Part shown: in pieces, positions 7,595 to 15,280 of the stretch | How the letters are laid out: the number at the start of each line of letters is the position of its first letter | How positions within the stretch are numbered: position 1 is the first letter of the stretch | From: Thermoanaerobaculia bacterium | GTDB lineage: Bacteria; Acidobacteriota; Thermoanaerobaculia; Multivoradales; UBA5704 | DNA length: 64,000 nucleotides | NCBI GenBank assembly: GCA_039918595.1 | Contig: JBDSHF010000028.1 | Span: 5,370 to 69,369 of the forward strand | Reading direction: 5' to 3' | The notes under the pieces: model-generated | Databases searched by the model: none | What the model was told of the DNA's origin: nothing | Seen by the model: only the letters and a program-made list of their open reading frames with translations | Program-made: the position numbers and the translations under genes

Positions 7595-7984
7595 CTACTC
7601 CTTACGAGGAGTGGGCGAACCCTTCTTGCTCGCTCGAATTGTCTTATGCACTGTCTCCTCTATCCGCCGGTCAAGCTCCTCTTCGCTCATGGCGGGAGGC
7701 AGGAGGATCGGGTCAGGAGCGTGCCCTTGCGAGAGTTCCTTCATGAGCCGGTCTGACAGCGGTATCTCTTTGTAGACAAGCCTGAAAAATACAAGGGGCT
7801 CCACTCTCAGCACCTGGAGGACTTCCAGGAGCTGGCGGAGCTTGATCTCCCATTGCCCCTTGAGGAGCTTGGTGAGGGAACTCTTGGCCCATCCCACACT
7901 GCGCTCAATCTCTCTCTTCGACGTCCCGGAACGGCTGATGAGTTCCTGGAGGACATCGATGTACCGGCGTATTTCCTCGTCCAT
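7595..7984 (-). CDS. HTH regulator (XRE-like)
   Basis: SGTSKREIERSVGWAKSSLTKLLKGQWEIKLRQLLEVLQVL. Confidence 0.55.
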   Translation of the reverse strand: MDEEIRRYIDVLQELISRSGTSKREIERSVGWAKSSLTKLLKGQWEIKLRQLLEVLQVLRVEPLVFFRLVYKEIPLSDRLMKELSQGHAPDPILLPPAMSEEELDRRIEETVHKTIRASKKGSPTPRKE

Positions 7985-8248
7985 CGCGGCCTCATTCTAC
8001 TCCAGTGTCCGCGTCTGAAGCCCAAACTTATCCGTCTCGGGTCGCTGCATCGGCCATGAAGAGCCGGTATAGAAACTCGGGAACCTCGGCGGGAGATGGT
8101 CTTCGCACGTCCATGCTTGTTTCTTCCTTCAGACACTACGACGCGCCGGAGTTCACGGCTGTAGATTCCCTAAGTCGTTCTAGATGATCGACTTGTGAGA
8201 GATACCTGTGGGGGAGGATAGAAGTCGTCTCGATAGCATATCTTCCGC

Positions 8249-8671
8249 ATGGACATGTTCCGGAACACGGGCTTAGGTCTACGCATTCTCCGAGAGTGGC
8301 GGGGAAAGAGCATCAGGGCGCTTGCCGCCGAGGCGGGAATCGGAAAGAGCCAGCTCTCGAAGTATGAGAATGGGAGGGAGCTTCCCAAACTTGACTCCCT
8401 ACAAAAGATATTACGGGCGCTCTCTGTCGGTTCCGTCGATTTCTTCTCCCTGACTACGCTTCTCGACAGGAAGCTCGAAAGCCTCTCGAATCCGGAGAGG
8501 ACTGACGATCTTCTTACGCTTCAATCGTTCGGCCTATTTACCCCTGAGATCACGGCAGCCTTCGAGAAGATCATGAGCGCCGTCCTGGAGGCTCACCACC
8601 TGGTTGTTCGTGAACTCGCCTTGAAAGTCACAGAACTAAAGACCCGAACAGTGAGAGAGCCCCATGACTAA
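8249..8671 (+). CDS. XRE-family HTH regulator
   Basis: LRILREWRGKSIRALAAEAGIGKSQLSKYENGRELPKLDSLQKILRAL. Confidence 0.7.
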   Translation: MDMFRNTGLGLRILREWRGKSIRALAAEAGIGKSQLSKYENGRELPKLDSLQKILRALSVGSVDFFSLTTLLDRKLESLSNPERTDDLLTLQSFGLFTPEITAAFEKIMSAVLEAHHLVVRELALKVTELKTRTVREPHD

Positions 8672-9092
8672 AGAAGAAATCGATGCGCTCGGAACGTATA
8701 TTTTACGCTCTCTTGGAGAGAGCCTGTCACTCATCCGCCAAACGGAAGCCTCGATTCTCTATCCTCCATTCGCCAAGATCGTGGCGAGCTTTACCTCTAT
8801 GGTCTTCGGGTTGGCTCTCGCCGAGGAACCGGTCTTCTTGCCGAGTGAGGCCCACTTCCTGGCGGCGGCGCTCTCCGACCTCGTGTCCGTACGAGACTTT
8901 CTGAAGAAAACTGCGAACCGGGAGATGCCACCGGAAACTCGTCAGTTCATGCGAGAGCAGTCGCGCGCGATCGGAACGGTATGCAAAAACTTTGAACGGC
9001 GAATTAAGGGGCTTTCCGAAGAGAAGCGCGAATCCATAGTGGTCTTTCGTCCGCGTGAGCAAGCGAGCACGAAGAAAAAATCTGGCTCTTAG
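8664..9092 (+). CDS. hypothetical protein
   Basis: 8-nt overlap with the upstream XRE gene suggests coupling. No motif recognised. Confidence 0.4.
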   Translation: MTKEEIDALGTYILRSLGESLSLIRQTEASILYPPFAKIVASFTSMVFGLALAEEPVFLPSEAHFLAAALSDLVSVRDFLKKTANREMPPETRQFMREQSRAIGTVCKNFERRIKGLSEEKRESIVVFRPREQASTKKKSGS

Positions 9093-9099
9093 AAAGGAA

Positions 9100-9732
9100 A
9101 TGAATAGCATGGCTAGTCCTGGTCGAAAGAAGGGAGTCCCGAAAGAGAAGCCGACGCTTTCGGCGGTAGAGCTTGCAAAGCAAAGCGGCGTACCGTACCG
9201 GCTGGTCGCCGAATACACCAAACGTTATGAGACGAGGGTGTCTCACATTGTCGATGGAATGCGGGTGAAGTATTTCCCCCGGGCGATTGCCGAGCTTCAG
9301 CAGTTGAGGCGGGAGGAGCGCGCTCGCCGGCAGGTCGCCGTAGAATTCACCGAGGCCGACGCCTACAACTCTGCGCTCGGGGCGATAACCATAGTAAGGC
9401 AGAGCATGAGCGATCTCACGAGCCGAGTGAATGAAGCAGAGAGGCTTCTTCGTGCGTACCGGCCGGTGGCCGCCGCGACTATCCACACCTTGCCGGAGGG
9501 GTACCGGCCACGGCTGCCGATCTCGGTTCTCTTGGAGCCTGAAGGCAAAGGGTTCATGGCATGCATTCCCGACGTTCGACTTGATGCAAGCGGCCGGACC
9601 CGGGAAGAAGCGGTTCAGGGACTACGGGGTCTCATTGTCACCACCATTGAGCGGCTGGAGAAGCGAGAGGCGCTCTCCGATGAAGAGGGAGAGCAACTGA
9701 ACGCGCTCCTAAGCCTTGTTGACACTCAATAG
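9100..9732 (+). CDS. DNA-binding (MerR-like HTH) protein with HicB-like C-terminal domain
   Basis: ATG at 9100 with AGAAAGGA RBS. LSAVELAKQSGVPYRLVAEY (HTH). C-terminal ISVLLEPEGKGFMACIPDVRLDASGRTREEAVQGLRGLI resembles the HicB/UPF0150 fold. Confidence 0.5.
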   Translation: MNSMASPGRKKGVPKEKPTLSAVELAKQSGVPYRLVAEYTKRYETRVSHIVDGMRVKYFPRAIAELQQLRREERARRQVAVEFTEADAYNSALGAITIVRQSMSDLTSRVNEAERLLRAYRPVAAATIHTLPEGYRPRLPISVLLEPEGKGFMACIPDVRLDASGRTREEAVQGLRGLIVTTIERLEKREALSDEEGEQLNALLSLVDTQ

Positions 9733-9744
9733 GACGGGGCAAGG

Positions 9745-10074
9745 ATGTCCATCATAGTGACGGGCGAGCTTGGACTTGATCTTGATCTTATTCGCGACTC
9801 GCGCTATCGCATTGCCCGGCATGGAGGTCCCGAGCTGGTGCGGGAGTATTTCCGCCAGTGGGACGATGACCCCTCATCCGAAGCAACCTACCTTATTCTC
9901 TGGGGCAATGTGGAGACCGACCATCTAGCAAATCCCGAGAGGCTCAATCGGGCTTTGGCTTGTCTTGTACGGCAGCACGGCGGACGCATATTCATCCCTC
10001 GCAGAGAGTGGGAAAGGCAGAGCGCAAGCGTGTCAGTCCAAATACACGATGTAGGGACGAGCATTCTTGTTTAG
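9745..10074 (+). CDS. hypothetical protein
   Basis: ORF only; follows 9100..9732 after 12 nt. Confidence 0.4.
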   Translation: MSIIVTGELGLDLDLIRDSRYRIARHGGPELVREYFRQWDDDPSSEATYLILWGNVETDHLANPERLNRALACLVRQHGGRIFIPRREWERQSASVSVQIHDVGTSILV

Positions 10075-10107
10075 CCAAAAAAAGCTCCCGATTCAGGATC
10101 GAGAGCT
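10075..10107 (-). terminator. intrinsic terminator of the ArdC-SymE-like operon
   Basis: Hairpin 10083-10107 (9 of 10 bp) followed on the minus strand by T7 (10075-10082). Confidence 0.55.
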
Positions 10108-10123
10108 AAGAAAGGTGCAGTGA

Positions 10124-10294
10124 TTAGGTAAGCTGTGGTTCTTTCACGGTGAGCGTTAGTTTCCCATCCGTCACGGTGATATCAACGAGGCTTCCCTCGT
10201 CGAAACCTGCGCGCTCAAGCCACTTTCCGCGCAGACGGATCATAGGAACGGTGACGTTCCCTCGAAAGGTGTAGCTGACCGTCACCTTTCGCAT
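10124..10294 (-). CDS. SymE/AbrB-fold small protein (56 aa), absent from ORF track
   Basis: My translation: MRKVTVSYTFRGNVTVPMIRLRGKWLERAGFDEGSLVDITVTDGKLTLTVKEPQLT. The core P.I.L.G.WLE.AGF..G..VD..V..G...LT matches the recalled E. coli SymE core. The ATG lies 3 nt after the upstream stop. Confidence 0.6.
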   Translation of the reverse strand: MRKVTVSYTFRGNVTVPMIRLRGKWLERAGFDEGSLVDITVTDGKLTLTVKEPQLT

Positions 10295-10297
10295 CAG

Positions 10298-10657
10298 TCA
10301 CTCCTCGCGAGCTACACCCCGAAGCAACCCCATCTCCATCAGGATCTCCGAGAGGAGAGCCATGGCGTCGTCAAGGTCGGCGGGGTCTTGCAGGTCAGCG
10401 CTCCAGGCGCGAACCGTTCGTAGGGCGGCATCCGAGAGCGTCACACTCTGTCTGGTGATCGTGACGGGCTCGCTCCCTGCCTCCGCAGAGATGATGGTTG
10501 CCTGGGCGGTGACGTGAATCTCCCGAAGGTACTCCGGAAGGTCATCGGTTTTTTCGGTGAGAAGGAGCAGCTCTCCCAGAGCGAATCCCGCCGAAGAGGC
10601 GTAGCTTGAGAGAGCGAGGGCTGAGCGGTCGGGTCGGGCGGGTCGTGTCTCGTCCAT
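10298..10657 (-). CDS. acidic hypothetical protein (119 aa)
   Basis: Start set to the ATG at 10657, which overlaps the upstream stop (ATGA). The longer track ORF 10298..10819 overlaps the upstream gene. Confidence 0.5.
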   Translation of the reverse strand: MDETRPARPDRSALALSSYASSAGFALGELLLLTEKTDDLPEYLREIHVTAQATIISAEAGSEPVTITRQSVTLSDAALRTVRAWSADLQDPADLDDAMALLSEILMEMGLLRGVAREE

Positions 10658-10941
10658 CAGTAGTCCTCCGGCAGGAACAGACAGGTTACGGAGCGGTCGG
10701 ATTCGGTCGCGACCAGGAGCTTGGCGCCTTGCGAGGTGCGGTACGAGGAGATGAGGCGATCCCCGATGCCGAGGGCGAGCATGTTCGCCGCCGTATCGAC
10801 CGAGGAGATCTCGCCCCAATCTCCGGTGACGTGCCGCCCGAGGTAGAGGTGCGGGTCTTCGCCGCTCTCTTCGAGGACTGCGAGCGCGCCGGGGGTTGCC
10901 ACGACGCGGCCGAGATCGAAGAGCATCCTTGTCAGAGTCAT
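10657..10941 (-). CDS. conserved plasmid/ICE-associated small protein (94 aa)
   Basis: Start at MTLTRMLFDLGRVVATPGAL... with AAGGAGGG RBS. HVTGDWGEIS...DRSVTCLFLPEDY matches a family I recall next to ArdC genes. Confidence 0.55.
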   Translation of the reverse strand: MTLTRMLFDLGRVVATPGALAVLEESGEDPHLYLGRHVTGDWGEISSVDTAANMLALGIGDRLISSYRTSQGAKLLVATESDRSVTCLFLPEDY

Positions 10942-10976
10942 GGAGCCCTCCTTGGAGTGTCGGTTGGGATGTGGAG

Positions 10977-11804
10977 CTATGCGACTGCTTCTACGGGAGA
11001 GAGCTCGCTCGCGAGGTGCTCCGCCTCGTCGAGGAGTTGCGAAACGCAGCGGCACGTCCGCTCGAGGAGGTCGGTACAGACGGAGAGCACCTTGCGGTCG
11101 TGCTTCTCGCAGTAGCCTTCGATGTAGCGGTACGTGCCGCCCGGATCGCTCTTGTCGGAGTGCCCGAGGCACTCCAGGAGGATTGACGCCCCGAGCTGCG
11201 CCACCACTTCGGCTTCAATTCCTCGGCCGGCGTGCGTCCCGAGCCGATGGTCGGCTGCGTGGACCAGCTCGTGCGCCCAGACCAGGAGATTCTCAGTTGC
11301 AAGGCCGATCCCCAGGCCAGGGGCGTAGTACCCAAGGGCTGAAGGGTTGTCCTTGATGAAATAGGTCCCCACTGACAAACCCCAGGATCGGGCAACGGCA
11401 ATGAGGGGCAAGGCATCGATGAATTCCGGCTCGTCCTCTGCGCCAGGGAGAGGATCACCATACGTCTGGAGATAGCCGAAGACAGCGATGGGTTGGTAGC
11501 CGACCAGCACCATATGGTTCTCCTCGCTCCCGGCATCCTCGTCCTTCTTGAGCTTGGGTGCGAGGATGTGGAAGGAGCGCTCGCCTTTCTTCACATGTCG
11601 GCCGATTGCCTCCCATTGGCGAAACCCCGCCGCGTAGACGTGGCCCCGGAGAATTCCGACGGTTCGGTTTGTCCAGGTCCAGCGCTTCGAGGGAACGTCA
11701 ATGTTTCTCCGGATGAACACCTGGGCGAGCGCGGCCGGCAGTGTCCCGGTCTGGAAGGCGGAGAGGAGGTCGTTTGCGATGGCTTGGATTTTCTCGTTCA
11801 CCAT
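10977..11804 (-). CDS. ardC: ArdC-like antirestriction protein (ssDNA-binding N-domain plus HExxH metalloprotease)
   Basis: RWTWTNRTVGILRGHVYAAGFRQWEAIGRHVKKGERSFHILAP plus WAHELVHAADH. TAGGAGG RBS. Confidence 0.7.
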   Translation of the reverse strand: MVNEKIQAIANDLLSAFQTGTLPAALAQVFIRRNIDVPSKRWTWTNRTVGILRGHVYAAGFRQWEAIGRHVKKGERSFHILAPKLKKDEDAGSEENHMVLVGYQPIAVFGYLQTYGDPLPGAEDEPEFIDALPLIAVARSWGLSVGTYFIKDNPSALGYYAPGLGIGLATENLLVWAHELVHAADHRLGTHAGRGIEAEVVAQLGASILLECLGHSDKSDPGGTYRYIEGYCEKHDRKVLSVCTDLLERTCRCVSQLLDEAEHLASELSPVEAVA

Positions 11805-11813
11805 AGCTGCCTC

Positions 11814-12062
11814 CTAGATCACGCCCGCGAGAATGAGGGCGCTTGCGACCGTTCCGACGTTGCACTCCTCGCACCATCCCGCGTCCTGGTCCGGCTCATA
11901 CTCAGCGGTGTAGTCGCAGCCATTATTCGTACAGATGCCGGGTACAGCACTATCCATGGCCGCGTTCTCCAGGAGTTCATCCGCGCTCATGCCCCAGGCA
12001 TCCGCCAGCTCTTCGAGCTTGCTCTTGCGAACGGCTCGATCAATTGTCCGTCGCTGGTACAT
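11814..12062 (-). CDS. hypothetical small Cys-containing protein
   Basis: AAAGGAG RBS. GICTNNGCDYTAEYEPDQDAGWCEEC may bind metal. Confidence 0.45.
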   Translation of the reverse strand: MYQRRTIDRAVRKSKLEELADAWGMSADELLENAAMDSAVPGICTNNGCDYTAEYEPDQDAGWCEECNVGTVASALILAGVI

Positions 12063-12065
12063 TCG

Positions 12066-12551
12066 TTATCTCCTTTCCTGTTGGGGTGAAGCCGTCGTTC
12101 TTGCCGCTCTGGTGTATTGCCGCATAAGCCGCTCGACTCGCTTGCGAAGGACACGGTCCCTCGCACAGAGCAGGTACGCCTCCTCTCGTTCGACGAGGAT
12201 ATCCTCGGGCGTGCGGGAAGGCTGCCAGAGCGCCTGTACGATGTCGAAGGTCTCTCCGAGATGCTGTGATCGTTTTTGCGCACCCTGCCTCCGCAGAAGA
12301 TCAATAGCAGCATTGACTGCGGCCCGTCGCACATACGGCAGGCAGTCGAGCATGCGGTCCGCGCGCGATCTCCAAAGATTCAGGAATGTGTCCTGTATCG
12401 CGTCCTCTACGCACTCCAGAGGAAGTTGCATGCCGAAGCGAGCGACTGTCGCAGCTACGCTTCCCCGCACGGCATTAAGGTGGTCAGGTGAGAGCGCCAT
12501 AGTGCAGCGCTTTGCCTTCGGACGGATACACGTCCGCCTTCGAGTCTTCAT
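12066..12551 (-). CDS. sigma-70 family (region 2-like) protein, island-borne
   Basis: EDAIQDTFLNLWRSR...YVRRAAVNAAIDLLRRQ resembles sigma region 2. No clear region 4. AAAGGAGGAG RBS. Confidence 0.5.
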   Translation of the reverse strand: MKTRRRTCIRPKAKRCTMALSPDHLNAVRGSVAATVARFGMQLPLECVEDAIQDTFLNLWRSRADRMLDCLPYVRRAAVNAAIDLLRRQGAQKRSQHLGETFDIVQALWQPSRTPEDILVEREEAYLLCARDRVLRKRVERLMRQYTRAARTTASPQQERR

Positions 12552-12709
12552 GGACTCCTCCTTTCGGTGGTTGCAGCGATTAAAGGAACTTATCTGGATG
12601 TCAGACTAGAGGAGGGAGTGCGGCCCACGAAGACGCACGAACCTGCCGGAGAGGTAACGCACAACACCCCGCTTCAATAGCGGGGTGTTAGCAGCAGGAG
12701 AGTGAACGA

Positions 12710-14326
12710 CTAATTTTCTCGCATCGTCCAAGGTACACTGACAGGTACGTTGGGATGCTCTGAAAGCCAATCGTAGATCTCTGCGATTGCGTGTCTCGAT
12801 CCAAGATGAGGACTGTTTGCCGCTTCCGGCAGATCTGTACCGCTTCGAGGGGTGTACCGAGTACGTCCACCTAGTTCTGTTTCGTCGCCTTTCATAAGCA
12901 GGCGAAAAGGAAACGACAGCTCAATAACAACGTTTTCTCGGCTAACGCACCGGTTCGAGGTGAGCATTTCGAGGAATTCACGTTTTTCCTCGTCATTTCC
13001 CATTTCATGGCTCAACGAGGCCGTAGAAGCAAGTTCGAGGATTTCCCGCAGCCGGGTAGCGGTTTCGTCTTGATTCGTTCCGCCTGAAAGCTTTTCCTCA
13101 AGCTCGCGCTCTTCCATGAGAAGCCGCTTCTTACGGGGCTCGAAGGTTTCCTTGTCGATACTTCCCTCAAGGAAGGCATCTACAAGCCTGTCATGGCGAG
13201 TCTGAAGCGCCGCGAGCTGGAGCTTCCATGTCTCCTGTATACGCTTGGTATTCTCTCCGCAGGTTTCAAGGAAGGCTGTCGCTTCCATCTCCAGGGCCGT
13301 GCGTTCCGAGTCGGACAGCTTGAGCGTTGCATACGCTCCCGTGACCGCGGCATCAAGCACTTCTTCCCGCACGCCGGTCAGAGGACAGGTCTTCGAGTGG
13401 CAGCGGTAGTAGACATGACTTTTTTGCAGCTCGGCGATGAGGGAATACCCGCACTCGGCGCACTTGAACATGCGACGGTAGCGGAAGAGATTGCGTTTGG
13501 CCTGCTTCTGGGTCTTGCCGGAGAGAACCGCCTGCACGCGGTCGAAGAGATGCTTTCCGATGAGCGGCTCGTGCACTCCCTTGTATACCTCCCTTCGCTT
13601 GTGAGCAATGAGCCCTATATAGAAGGGATTGTTGAGCATGGAAGAGAGACCGTTTTTGGTGACACGCCCGCCCTGTCGGTTGCGAAGCCCCATCCGTCGA
13701 AGCTCGGCACACAATGTCTCAAGGCTATGGGCGCCGGTTGCGTATAGCTCGAAGGCTCTGCGGACCATGGGTCCAGTGACCGGGTCAATCGTTTTGACCT
13801 TGCCACGCTGGCCGTTGTTGACGTAGCCCAAGGGCGCTCCCCACGGGAGGAGCCCCTGTTTCAGGCGCCCATCTATACCCTTCCGTACCTCCTCTTTAAG
13901 GTTGCGGATGTAGTCGGTCGCAAAGACCGCCTGCACGTCGGCCAAGAGCCGCTTGCCCCGGGTACTGAGGTCGAGATTGTCGCTTGCGAAGCGGACACCG
14001 AACCCCTCGTCGGCAAGGTCGTTAATGTTGGCCCAATCGTGGTAGTTGCGGCTGGAGCGGTCCACCTTGTGCACGATGAAGCCGTCGGCTTCACCCATCC
14101 GCAGGCGCTTCGCCATGGCGGTGAAAATGGGTCGGCCCTGCTTCGCTGCGGTCTCTACCTCGCGGAACCACTCGACGATGGTCAGCCCTTCACGTTCGGC
14201 ATAGCGGGCGATAACGCTCCGCTGTTCGGTGAAGGAGGCGCCTTCGCGTGAGTCCTTGCTTCCGGGATCTCTTTCGTCGTCTTGGCTTGGATCCGAGACA
14301 CGGATGTAGGCGAAGAATCGCTTCAT
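12710..14326 (-). CDS. large serine recombinase R1
   Basis: FFAYIRVSDPSQ (catalytic Ser region), VHKVDRSSRN, recombinase domain, Cys cluster FKCAECGY...YYRCHSKTCP, then a coiled-coil tail. Confidence 0.85.
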   Translation of the reverse strand: MKRFFAYIRVSDPSQDDERDPGSKDSREGASFTEQRSVIARYAEREGLTIVEWFREVETAAKQGRPIFTAMAKRLRMGEADGFIVHKVDRSSRNYHDWANINDLADEGFGVRFASDNLDLSTRGKRLLADVQAVFATDYIRNLKEEVRKGIDGRLKQGLLPWGAPLGYVNNGQRGKVKTIDPVTGPMVRRAFELYATGAHSLETLCAELRRMGLRNRQGGRVTKNGLSSMLNNPFYIGLIAHKRREVYKGVHEPLIGKHLFDRVQAVLSGKTQKQAKRNLFRYRRMFKCAECGYSLIAELQKSHVYYRCHSKTCPLTGVREEVLDAAVTGAYATLKLSDSERTALEMEATAFLETCGENTKRIQETWKLQLAALQTRHDRLVDAFLEGSIDKETFEPRKKRLLMEERELEEKLSGGTNQDETATRLREILELASTASLSHEMGNDEEKREFLEMLTSNRCVSRENVVIELSFPFRLLMKGDETELGGRTRYTPRSGTDLPEAANSPHLGSRHAIAEIYDWLSEHPNVPVSVPWTMREN

Positions 14327-14556
14327 ACGTCCGTGTCTTCTATTTGTCTTGTAAAGGTTCGACCGGAGTCCATGCTACCGGGGTAATTCGGCGCTGTCAA
14401 AGCGGCGAGGCGCTCGCGCTCGGCCGGATCGGAAGCAATGCGAGCGTGCAGGCGCAGGATAAAAGACAGGTAGCGGCGGAGCGCATGGCGCGCCTCTTCC
14501 GCTTCCTCCGGCGCAAGGTCGGGAAAGAGAGTTTCAGGTGTGGTTTGCGATTGCAT
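14323..14556 (-). CDS. hypothetical protein coupled to recombinase R1
   Basis: Stop overlaps the R1 start by 4 nt. Start chosen at MQSQTT (14556) to leave room for divergent promoters; the track ORF extends to 14673. Confidence 0.35.
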   Translation of the reverse strand: MQSQTTPETLFPDLAPEEAEEARHALRRYLSFILRLHARIASDPAERERLAALTAPNYPGSMDSGRTFTRQIEDTDV

Positions 14557-14665
14557 CCGTCGAGCGTACAGGCGCGGTTCGGAGTGGAGAAGTCGCGCTT
14601 CTGTGCCGGAGTCGGCAGCATGGTGCGTATTTGAGGCGGGATATAAGGGCAGTACGCTCTCCCAC

Positions 14666-15280
14666 ATGACCATACAACTTTCACAAGCGGTGAAAAATCA
14701 CCGCAACCTGCCGCCGGATTTTTGGTTTGACTTAGAGAGCCAGGGCATCAGTGCGGCTGTCATTCACTCCCGCCTCATCGGGTGGGACGAGGAGCACGTG
14801 ACCATTCCGATCGTCTCGCGGGATCGGAAAGTTATCGGCTTCGAATATGCGACGTTTGATGAAAACGGCCGGCTGGTAACAATGCCGCAGGAAGGACCCG
14901 GACCATACCTCTATGGAGAGCCGGTCCTCAATGTCAACCCACAGGAGGTCGTTTTGACTGAGGGCGTAACGGAGTCCTTGATCCTCTCAAGCCACGGATT
15001 CAATGCGCTTTCGGCAACCGGCGACGGTCTTTCATTCCGCACCGAATGGGCGCCCGTCCTTCAGAAGGTCCCGAACGTCTTTCTCTGCTTCAAGCGCGCG
15101 AGCGAAAGCATTCAGGCGGCGCTCGGCATTCGCGAGCTGGTGCCGCACGTCCGGATCGTGACGCTTCCTCCCGAGGTCGGTCAGGGAGGCGGGCTCTACG
15201 AGTTCTTCGTGGAGCTTGAAGCGACGACGGAGGACTTTCGGCAGCTCCTCAAGCGAGCTGCCACTTCTTCCGATGCCTGA
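14666..15280 (+). CDS. Toprim-like domain protein (degenerate)
   Basis: QEVVLTEGVTESLILSSHGFNALSATG resembles the Toprim E-G motif. The expected DxD motif is not seen. Start at the ATG at 14666. Confidence 0.45.
   Translation: MTIQLSQAVKNHRNLPPDFWFDLESQGISAAVIHSRLIGWDEEHVTIPIVSRDRKVIGFEYATFDENGRLVTMPQEGPGPYLYGEPVLNVNPQEVVLTEGVTESLILSSHGFNALSATGDGLSFRTEWAPVLQKVPNVFLCFKRASESIQAALGIRELVPHVRIVTLPPEVGQGGGLYEFFVELEATTEDFRQLLKRAATSSDA

Noticed and set aside
12663-12689. 10-bp perfect stem AACACCCCGC / GCGGGGTGTT just downstream of recombinase R1, considered as an att core or terminator.
   Set aside because: No T-tract on either side. No matching sequence was seen near the 30.3-kb junction. Its function cannot be assigned.
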